Source: Psammoneis japonica
Taxonomy: Eukaryota
Direction of reading: 5' to 3'
DNA length: 20,000 bases
NCBI GenBank assembly: GCA_008632985.1
Contig: QPGO01000048.1
Coordinates: forward strand, 491,839 to 511,838
Part shown: piece by piece, positions 11,308 through 20,000 of the stretch
Position numbering within the stretch: the stretch's first letter is position 1
Layout: each line of letters opens with the position of its first letter
The notes under the pieces: generated by a model
The model's database searches: none
What the model was told of the DNA's origin: nothing
The model's input: only the letters and a program-made list of their open reading frames with translations
Position numbers and translations under genes: made by a program

Positions 11308-12844
11308 CTACGCGTCATTGAAAACAAAGTTTGGCATTTGTCTCTCTACGCCCTCTCGGAAATACGCATGATTCAGTGCTTCCTCGGCAGATATACGCTC
11401 TGCTGGGTTCAATGTTAACAACTTTGACAACAGGTCGAATCCATTGCTGTCCAAAAATGATTGCCCTCCTGACGGGGAGTTGACAGGAAACTTAACGGGC
11501 AACAAAGGCTTTTCTTTAGTACTTTTCCATCGGAAAATTCCTGCATTTGGTAAGTTCGAATAGCCTGGCCAATTCTCTTCTGTGGGAGCTCCCATAAATC
11601 GAAATATTTTGTCGATTTGGTCGAGCTCACCTTGTCCTTGAATCATAGCTTCTTTGGTGATGAGCTCGCCAAAGATGCAACCAATACTATATTCGACGTG
11701 AAAAACAAACGAACAAAGAAATTAACGGAGTCGTCAACAGCTGCTGTACCGTAACCACATCTAACGTGTGCTTCAACGCTTATCCGTGCTTACCTCCACA
11801 TATCAACTTCGGGTCCATAAACGCGCTCGCCGAACAGAAGCTCCGGTGGACGGTACCACAGAGTAATCACCATTTGCGTAAGTGCCTTCAAAGGACGTTG
11901 GTATTTACGTGCCAGACCAAAGTCACAAAGTGCGATGCGGCCACTCTACAGTAGTGACGGTAGTGGAAAGCAAAAGAGAAACAAACTCCACGTAAGGAAC
12001 AATCAATGTGCAGCATTCAGCGATTCTTCCCATTTCAAAGCTCCATCGAACTTACACTGTGAACAAGAATGTTTGATGTCTTTTGATCTCTATGTATATA
12101 CCATCTGGAATGTATATGGTTGGTCGCTGAAAGAATCTGGTGCAACATGCTTTTCAATTCCGACTGTGGAAAAGGACCATCGGTTCGCTTCATCGCCTCT
12201 TGCAAATCCATTTCCATGAACTGGAAGAGAAATACCAAAATCGCAATACAAGAACGAGCAATGAATTTCGAGTCATGAGAATTTCCATCATCGATTCGAA
12301 ACCACTGAGTTGGAAGAAAAGCTTCGCCTCACCTCCATGACCATGAATACTTTATCAACGCTTTTTCCGACAACCATTTCCCGCACGGTTACGATACACT
12401 CGTGACTTAGAGCTAATAGTACACTGATTTCTCTCAACGCAGTAACCGGAAAGCCTTCTTTCGTCATTTCTGAATCAAACTTGATTTGTTTTAGCGCAAC
12501 GATCTCATTTGTTGCTACGGCACAGTATGGGATTGTTTTGTAAGAAAATGAATGATCAGGCAGATTAAGAAGCAATCGACCAAACGGGCTGGTGACTCAC
12601 CTAGATCACGAGCTTTCCACACGATGCCATAGGTACCCTCATCTAACCGTGCTAAGCGTTCATAACAGTCATACACCGATCGACATCCCTGAATTAAAGG
12701 ATTATGCTTCGGCAAGTGCACCGACGTTGAAATTTCCGTGGTAGCGTTTGGTTTTTTCTGAGTAGCACTTTTCAACACAATGGACGCTTTGTTTCTCTTT
12801 TTGTCCTCTTCGTCTGAGGAAGATTCCCATCGATCTCGCTTCAT
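11308..12844 (-). CDS. CDK11: Cyclin-dependent kinase, CDK10/11 (PITSLRE)/plant CDKG type (5 exons: 12844-12601, 12514-12333, 12220-12056, 11945-11794, 11686-11308; ~373 aa)
   Basis: Motifs GCRSV, LDEGTYGIVWKARD, VALKQIK, EGFPVTALRE, HRDQKTSN, CDFGLAR, VITLWYRPPELLFG and DMWSIGCIFGE. Four GT-AG introns give an intact 1122-nt CDS. Confidence 0.9.
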
Positions 12845-13212
12845 TGTCAATTGCCATTGCAAGGGGTACAAAGAGTACAAAGATGTAAAAGAATAGTGTG
12901 CGACGCGACGAGTAGTGACGATGGACGCAGACAGACTAACTGGCTCATCGAACGCGCGAGCGAGCGACGAGCGACACGCTAGGTCTAGCACGCCCAATTC
13001 GATCGCACTTCGCACTCGTCACTCGTCAAACTTACACTTCTCGCAAGAATCGGCACAAGAGGAGGAGCAAAAGGACTAACGTGGTTTACTCGATTGCTTC
13101 TAGTAGTTACAACCCAAGCTTTCAAGAGCCACAACAAAGGAAGGCAAGAGGAGGGACAGAAAAGGTGTCAAGTAGCAGAGACAGAGTGGCAAAGAAAGAC
13201 ACTTCTTTCAGC

Positions 13213-14238
13213 ATGGACGCCTCGTTCCTACCGTATCGCCGTGCATCTTCGTACCTTGTGGAAAAACTGAGCGCGAAAGGCATCGAACACCCGTCAATCG
13301 GAATAATTTGTGGGTCGGGGTTGTCTGGCTTGTCAGAGGCTCTCGAGGGCGAAACTCTTTCTGTGAAGTACAGCGAGTTACCAGGATTCCCTGCTTCTTG
13401 CACGGTGGCTGGGCATCGTGGAGAGGTCGTTTTTGGGTTGCTAAGCGGTGTTCATACAATGTGCTTTCGTGGCAGGTTTCATTCCTATGAGGGACACGAT
13501 ATGTCGACGGTTGCGCTGCCAGTGCGGGTGATGAGGTGTTTGGGAGTGAAAGTGGTTATCGTGACAAACGCTGCGGGTGGGCTCAACCCTGAATATCGTG
13601 TTGGAGATGTCATAACAGTTACTGATCATATGGGATTACCTCTATTGGCGGGGAAGAATCCATTGCTTGGGCCCAATGATGACGAGTTAGGTCCTCGCTT
13701 TCCTCCTACAAGCAATGCCTATCCGATCATCCTTCGGGAGATAACCGCCCAGGCGGCAAAGCAACTAGACATGGACTTTGTTAGGCCAGAAGGAACGTAT
13801 TGCTTTGTTTCAGGGCCAAATTACGAAAGCAAGGCTGAATGTCGCTTTCTGAGAAATGTGGGAGGAGATGCTGTTGGCATGTCAACCGTACCAGAAATAG
13901 TTGCTGCCCATCATGCGGGGATGAAGGTTTTGTGTCTGTCTCTTATTACCAACAAAGTGATCATTTCAGGCGACGAGGGTCCCGATGCAAGTCATGCAGA
14001 AGTTTTAGAAGCTGTGCAAAAACGATCTGTTCAGATGCAGTCACTTGTTAAAAGCATTGTATCGCTTCTTCATCACGACGTTCTTGCATCGCTGCCAGAA
14101 CTTCCGCCTGTAAGCCTCAGCACCAAACCTGCTCAAGGATCGGGGGCGAAGTCGATATGTTACGCTTTGTCAGCGAGTGCGTTGCTTGCGGTAGGCTTGT
14201 TAATTGGTACACGAGGTGTGCGAAGATCAAAAAAGTAA
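13213..14238 (+). CDS. PNP: Purine nucleoside phosphorylase (trimeric inosine/guanosine type) with a C-terminal hydrophobic tail (~341 aa)
   Basis: Motifs IGIICGSGL, GRFHSYEG, VTNAAGGLN, GPNYE, DAVGMSTVPE, LITNK and SHAEV. First in-frame ATG is at 13213. Confidence 0.95.
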   Translation: MDASFLPYRRASSYLVEKLSAKGIEHPSIGIICGSGLSGLSEALEGETLSVKYSELPGFPASCTVAGHRGEVVFGLLSGVHTMCFRGRFHSYEGHDMSTVALPVRVMRCLGVKVVIVTNAAGGLNPEYRVGDVITVTDHMGLPLLAGKNPLLGPNDDELGPRFPPTSNAYPIILREITAQAAKQLDMDFVRPEGTYCFVSGPNYESKAECRFLRNVGGDAVGMSTVPEIVAAHHAGMKVLCLSLITNKVIISGDEGPDASHAEVLEAVQKRSVQMQSLVKSIVSLLHHDVLASLPELPPVSLSTKPAQGSGAKSICYALSASALLAVGLLIGTRGVRRSKK

Positions 14239-14314
14239 AGCAAAAATCACAGTACTTTGAGACAATTAGAAGTACCCAAGCAACTTGTTGCGTTCTTTGT
14301 CATGGATACTTATA

Positions 14315-15553
14315 TTATGCGCGTATTTCACTATGGATACCCCGTTTCTCTTTGACTTCGGTAGCTGCTTGTCGTATTCTCTTCATCGTATCTGCATTCC
14401 AGGGAGGCAAGTGTTCGTGTTCGCAAACGACAGCCCCAATAGCAGAAGCGATGCAACCAGCATCGACGAGAGGGACTCCTGCGCCAATGCAGGTCGTCAT
14501 GGCTGCAGAGTAGGCGTTCCCAGCCCCCGTAGGATTCACGGGACTACCATCGCAAGTATGAAGCTCGGCAGCTGGGATGAGGGATTTGGTTTCTGAGCCC
14601 CGTTCCCTAATAAAGCTACCTCTCGGACCATCTCTCACCGCTACATCCCATTTTCTCCAATAGGTTTTATCAAACGCCCTGTAAAGGTGCATATCCGGTG
14701 AAATGACGTCAAACACGGTACTTATTCCATCTAGGCGAGAAGAGCATGATTCTGAATCTCTTTCAGACATGTTACCAGTTGCGGCGTCCGGAAAAGCAAT
14801 CGGTTCTATTCCTATAACCTTCGCCTTCTCTGTCAAAGATCCATCTCTAAGTAGCATGCTGTCCTGCCCAGCACCTGGTGAGTCCGCGCCAACCTCTATG
14901 ATCAAATGCAAGGTAGAGAGAGTTTCCTCTTCTCGTAAACATTTTAAAACATCCGCAGCAGATGGACGATTCCTCCACAACCCCCCAGCGCCTTCTGGTC
15001 CAAAACTATCGTTCAGGGGCATCCACTGGACATTTTGGTCTGAATCATGCCACAATTGGATGCGAGGTGTACGATATGCTGGTCCTTCAAGGACTTGTAA
15101 CGAATCAACCATAGGGTCCAACAGCTCATGCAGCGCATTGTTTTCACGTTCAGACCAATCAAGTTTTCCGACTGGGCCAAGAAATGTAACTGGCTGGGGC
15201 AGAGGATCATCTTTTGAGTCGTTATCAAGTACCGCCAGCGCAGCTGCAGCTCCAAACGCTGCCTGAGGCCCACCACCTCCAATCGATAGTCTTCCGTCAG
15301 ACGGGCTTTCTAGCTCCTTTCGGTAGTCATCAATTATAATTTTTCCTGCATAACGACGAAGGTGAAGCGTCTTATGATGAAGCAGAAGAAAGCGTACAAC
15401 TTAAAATGGACAACGGAAGATCAACAGTCTCTCCTTACCGATAACAACTACCCGTTGCTTTGAGATTGCCCTGTTTGGGATAGAAAGCGATTTGGCATAC
15501 TGAAGTGCGACAAGGACCAGCGACACAAAGAGCCACTTGCATCTTGCATTCAT
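14315..15553 (-). CDS. PfkB/ribokinase-family protein with GAGN motif (Mak32-like) and a probable signal peptide (2 exons: 15553-15439, 15345-14315; ~381 aa)
   Basis: Splicing intron 15438-15346 gives RVVVIGKIIIDD...IGGGGPQAA. Also DVISPD, VRDGPRGS and VNPTGAGNAYSAA. Confidence 0.85.
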
Positions 15554-15775
15554 TTTTATTTCCGACTGCGGCAATGCAGGAAAACACGGTGATGGACGAC
15601 ACTTTAACAACAATAGTCCACCACAAATTATGCGAAAAACAGACTCGATATCGCCCATACAAATCGGAAAGCAACCGCAACTCAAAGTCGCTCTTCGTCC
15701 TGTTTCTTATTGTCGTCATCGCACATCGGCACGCACTTGATTAATAAGAATTAGATATTTATGGGGTCGGTAGTT

Positions 15776-15930
15776 GCGGCTATCGCCGCTTTTCTCGTTT
15801 ATCCTCGGCGGCGATCTTCAAGCTAGTGTAAATCTAAAGGCCAGTGATCCAAGGTAGGAGTGGAGTGGGCTTTACTAGCACACGAACTTTCCTTCTCCAA
15901 ACAAAAAACCCAGGTTGGACGGCAAGGGCC
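15776..15930 (-). repeat. Split direct repeat B2 (155 bp), the 3' terminus of the element
   Basis: Matches 16098-16252 with 2 mismatches. Confidence 0.95.
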
Positions 15931-16097
15931 AGAGGGCGGGAGAGGTGGGAGCGTTTTAATCTATCTACGGGCCGGCTTGCTGTTGTTGTTTCCAAAAGAA
16001 TGAGAGGAAACAAAGCAGCCGGTGAGAGAGGCGGCCAGGAAGTTCGGGAACTTTCAAATGGAACGGGGAATCTCGCCTTGCGGATTGCTCGAGGACA
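15931..16097 (-). repeat. Putative A2 segment between B1 and B2
   Basis: Assigned from its position in the known A1-ORFs-B1-A2-B2 Ngaro layout. The A1 partner is not in the window. Confidence 0.6.
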
Positions 16098-16252
16098 GCG
16101 GCTATCACCGCTTTTCTCGTTTATCCTCGGCGGCGATCTTCAAGCTAGTGTAAATCTAAAGGCCAGTGATCCAAGGTAGGAGTGGAGTGGGCTTTACTAG
16201 CACACGAACTTTCCTTCTCCAAACAAAAAACCCAGGCTGGACGGCAAGGGCC
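16098..16252 (-). repeat. Split direct repeat B1 (155 bp)
   Basis: Matches 15776-15930 with 2 mismatches. Confidence 0.95.
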
Positions 16253-16352
16253 TCCAGCCACCTCCAAATGCATTGCATGAGCTGCGCAGGGCGCAGTGGA
16301 GGCTGTGATAAATTGGGTGGGAGAGGTGGGATCGTCTGGCGGGCTGTGGCGG

Positions 16353-17524
16353 TCAAGGCATGGCAGGAGCAATGGGAACGTCGGCATTCGGATGGAGGAC
16401 GAAGTGGCCACCGGCGAGCATGCGTTGGGCGAAATTGCGCATGACAGGCTCCGCTTGTAGATGGAGGTGTCGGAGCATTTCGTCGGACCGCCATCGGCCC
16501 AAGAGACGAATTGTGTCCGTGTCGACTTGGGCACACAGCAATCCCATGGCACCCGTGGCTCGAAGGCAGCGCGCGGAGACATCGGAGGGAAGGAATCCGA
16601 GATTCTGTGGACCAAGTGCAGTGACGGCAGTGCGGAGGATGGACGTGATGTCAGTGGGCTGACTCGGTGCCAGCGTCCGTTGCAGAAGTAGACTGACAAA
16701 GGTGTGTCAGGCAAAGCGCCAAAGGCGCGCAAGTGAAGCATTCGGCGTACGGCAGCTTTGACGGGGCAGAGTTGCGGGTGGCCGGAGAGGCCAAGGCCGA
16801 CAACTTCGCCACGAACTCCATTCTTTTGCGCAGTGAAGGTGAGCGTGGTGAAGGTTGCAGCGGCGAGCTGCGCGTCTGGGGCATGGAAGACATCCAAACA
16901 GATGCCACCAGTGGAGAGGCGTGCGTCGGCGAGCCAAAAAGGAGCAGTCTCCGAAGGGGTGGCTGTGCATTCACCAGGACGCAAGAGAAAGAAAAAGGCA
17001 AGGGCGATCATGTCAGCGACAGCATGGGTGCCGGGGTGCTGACTGGTGGCAGCAGCAGCCAAGATCCAATGGAGTGCGGCCACGGGGACAGGTTTTACAC
17101 GGTCGGTGGGTGGATCCTGCTTCTTGCAGTGACGGATCTGGCGGGTGAGACGGAAATCCAAGCCGCCTTGGAGGGTGAGCCGTGGGTCCGGGGCCCCCAT
17201 TGCAGCGAACGTTTGGCCAACCGACCGCAGGGCATCTTCAGCGGTGCGTGCACGGACGGGATTGCCACGTGGGGCGAGGACTCCGACTCAACATCGGTGG
17301 AGGAAGACTTGGAGGAATAAGATGGGGTCTTCGACTTCGACAAGGAGTGGATCGACGGCCAGTGTGTGGCAGAAATTGGCCCAGAGGTTCCAATGGGTGT
17401 CGGCGGCGGAGGCTCGTGAAGGGGCAACTGCAAGGGCAATGGCTCTCTGCGCAGCACCGAGGTCACGAAGGAAATCAGCTTTCGTGGCGGGGTCCACAAG
17501 CGCCAAGGTTTGGTCTGCGGGCAA
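16353..17524 (-). pseudogene. Tyrosine recombinase ORF of the retroelement, disrupted
   Basis: Motifs AFFFLLRPGE, QKNGVRGE, LCPVKA, SARCLRATGA and IRLLGRWRSDEMLRHLH. Lesions: in-frame TGA at 17288-17290, a frameshift near 16657, and the catalytic Tyr position reads CAC (16467-16469). Confidence 0.9.
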
Positions 17525-20000
17525 TGGGCATTAAAATGGTGCAAAAATTCCGTGTTAGTCAGGGATTGTAAACGGGAAGCATTGTCAGCGGCGGTGTTGA
17601 GGGTGCCTTGTAGGAAGTCGTGAATGGTGACGTGACGATGGAATCGTTGATGGCAAGCTTGGCAGCGATGGAACTCGGCACGAAGCTTGGAGGCAGTGGA
17701 GGAACCTTTGCGTTGCCAGAACAAAGTGCCCAAACTGTCAGTGCGCTGAAGGTTGGTGTGCTCCCGCAGGTCGAAACATTCGGATGCAGCGTGTGTGTGG
17801 ACGATGCTGCCCACGAGTTCAAGGTCGGTGTTGGTGATCGGGCCGTGAGGATTCTCGCAGGTGGCGAGGTCCTGGGTGACCTGGTTTGGGAAAGGCATGC
17901 GCCAAACAACGGGACCGGGGTTGGTTTGAATGCGGCGGCATCCGTGTGGACTAAATTTTAGTTTGGTGGCGCGTGGGACGGAGGCTGCGGTGGGTAAGAT
18001 GATGCTGCCGGCGCCATGACCGGCCGCATCATGGCAACCATGGACACTCGGGTCCAAGGGGACAAGTTCTTGAATGCGCACCGGGCGTTGTTCGACGCAT
18101 GCGTGTAGATCTCTGAAGTCGTCCATGATGGAATGGAAGGCCGGGCCGNNNNNNNNNNNNNNNNNNNNNNNNNNNNNNNNNNNNNNNNNNNNNNNNNNNN
18201 NNNNNNNNNNNNNNNNNNNNNNNNNNNNNNNNNNNNNNNNNNNNNNNNNNNNNNNNNNNNNNNNNNNNNNNNNNNNNNNNNNNNNNNNNNNNNNNNNNNN
18301 NNNNNNNNNNNNNNNNNNNNNNNNNNNNNNNNNNNNNNNNNNNNNNNNNNNNNNNNNNNNNNNNNNNNNNNNNNNNNNNNNNNNNNNNNNNNNNNNNNNN
18401 NNNNNNNNNNNNNNNNNNNNNNNNNNNNNNNNNNNNNNNNNNNNNNNNNNNNNNNNNNNNNNNNNNNNNNNNNNNNNNNNNNNNNNNNNNNNNNNNNNNN
18501 NNNNNNNNNNNNNNNNNNNNNNNNNNNNNNNNNNNNNNNNNNNNNNNNNNNNNNNNNNNNNNNNNNNNNNNNNNNNNNNNNNNNNNNNNNNNNNNNNNNN
18601 NNNNNNNNNNNNNNNNNNNNNNNNNNNNNNNNNNNNNNNNNNNNNNNNNNNNNNNNNNNNNNNNNNNNNNNNNNNNNNNNNNNNNNNNNNNNNNNNNNNN
18701 NNNNNNNNNNNNNNNNNNNNNNNNNNNNNNNNNNNNNNNNNNNNNNNNNNNNNNNNNNNNNNNNNNNNNNNNNNNNNNNNNNNNNNNNNNNNNNNNNNNN
18801 NNNNNNNNNNNNNNNNNNNNNNNNNNNNNNNNNNNNNNNNNNNNNNNNNNNNNNNNNNNNNNNNNNNNNNNNNNNNNNNNNNNNNNNNNNNNNNNNNNNN
18901 NNNNNNNNNNNNNNNNNNNNNNNNNNNNNNGAACCCATCGGACATGTCTATTTTCATGAGGTAGACCCGTCCTTTGGCGGGATTGGCAAGGAGAATGCGA
19001 CGCAAGAGTCGATCGAGCGCGCGTCCAAATTGCACAGCCTCGACCGGTGCGTCAGGCTGTGTGGCGTCGTTGGTGCCAAAATGCGTGTGGTCGACAATTG
19101 GCCGAGGCCGTCGACTGTGTTGTGGGACCACGCCAATGGGGCTAATGCGGAGGCCCGACAGTTGTCGGACTTCCTCGTACGGGACCACGACCCAGAAACC
19201 CTTGTCCACACAGTCGGACACATCTTCTCGTAAAAACTCGATGTGTTCGTAGGCGGACTTGTGGGGGCCCCTGTCGACACTAGCGTCGAGTTCCTCAGAG
19301 CTCCATGGTGCGTCGGCAACGGTGATGGGGACTCCGTGATGCTGGCAGTGGCGAAGGATCCGGCGTGCCGGATGATTCTGAATGCGGCGCATCGGGCCCA
19401 AGTCACCTCGTCCACGACGTTGACGCAACAAATGGCTGAGACCGTGCTGACGCAAAATTTTAGCATCGCGTGTGATGCTCTTGCCCAATTTGTCAGTTTC
19501 AACTGATGCAGCAATCGCCTGTCCACGGAGCGTGGGGCGGCGTTGCTGTTGACTAAACTGTGCCGCCTGCGGGGGTGGCGGAGGAATTGGCACCAGGTTC
19601 ACAGTCCCCGAACTGGAACCATTGCCGACGACCCATTCGGTCGTCCAATGCTCGGCCGCCCATTCGTAGAGGGTGTTTTGCTCTTCCTTGGAGTGGCCGG
19701 TCCGATGGTCATGACTGCTGCCACAATTCGTGTTGCATTGGCCTTTAATGTGGCAGGGCAGGCAACGTACCCGGCCTTGAGCATCGAGGGGGAGAGCAAT
19801 GTTGTTTTCGTTGCACCGGAGCTTAACGTCACGCGATCGTACATTGGGGCGAGCACGGATCTCGTCGAAGTGGGCATCGTACTCTGGGTTACGCTGGAGG
19901 GTGTTTGCGCCCGGTGTCTCTCTGGATTGCGCTGCGGGTGCTGAGGCTGGAGCTGGTGCTGGCGTGTTTGTATTCGCGGGCCGATGAGAAGCGGGACGAA
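17095..20000 (-). pseudogene. gag C-terminus plus RT/RNase H reading frame of the retroelement, interrupted by an assembly gap
   Basis: CLPCHIKGQCNTNCGSSHDH zinc finger (19705-19764). RT motifs LRISPIGVVPQ..RRPRPIVD, QFGRAL and KIDMSDGF. RNase H acidic motifs HDAAG, TDLEL, TDS and ADNASR. The 3' end overlaps the YR ORF by ~430 nt. Confidence 0.85.
18149..18930. other. Assembly gap (782 N) covering the RT catalytic core
   Basis: Run of N. Confidence 1.

Larger units (their letters stand above)
15776..20000 (-). mobile_element. Ngaro-type (DIRS order) tyrosine-recombinase retrotransposon, inactivated; its 5' end lies beyond the window
   Basis: gag-like zinc finger, RT, RNase H and an overlapping YR ORF, followed by a B1-spacer-B2 split direct repeat. 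Confidence 0.92.

Noticed and set aside
13081..13212. N-terminal extension of PNP from a GTG start
   Set aside because: Eukaryotic context; the first ATG at 13213 fits the PNP domain start.
14703..15266. 187-aa plus-strand ORF
   Set aside because: Antisense shadow of the PfkB gene.
15844..16444. Two plus-strand ORFs with identical N-termini (MIQGRSGVGF...)
   Set aside because: Antisense translations of the B1/B2 repeats.
17958..19233. Long ORFs spanning the N run, and apparent frame continuity of the 835-aa ORF
   Set aside because: Gap artefacts. The gap length is an estimate, so the frame across it cannot be verified.
15776..20000. Prophage integrase or DIRS1-type element with inverted repeats and a DAM methylase
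   Set aside because: RT/RNase H with direct split repeats and no visible methylase domain fits Ngaro instead.

Overview
Eukaryotic, probably diatom/stramenopile, genomic DNA. This is inferred from compact genes, short GT-AG introns and diatom-like kinase and hypothetical proteins. Seven host genes are present: riboflavin kinase, a WDR89-like WD40 protein, a Ser/Thr kinase, a membrane-anchored hypothetical protein, a CDK11/CDKG-type kinase, purine nucleoside phosphorylase and a PfkB-family protein. There are also two degenerate blocks (~1-1750 and ~4960-7860) and most of an inactivated Ngaro-type tyrosine-recombinase retrotransposon (15776 to beyond 20000, minus strand, with a 782-N gap). Two observations stand out. 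(1) An apparent repeat-restricted mutation process removes TpA (TA->CA/TG, the opposite direction to fungal RIP). It turns expected Tyr codons of the retroelement, including the recombinase catalytic Tyr, into His/Cys while CpG is still abundant, and in the more decayed blocks both TpA and CpG are nearly gone. (2) One kinase intron is a recognisable decayed tandem copy of the downstream exon, consistent with intron gain by duplication across an AG|GT site. All counts and alignments were done by eye.
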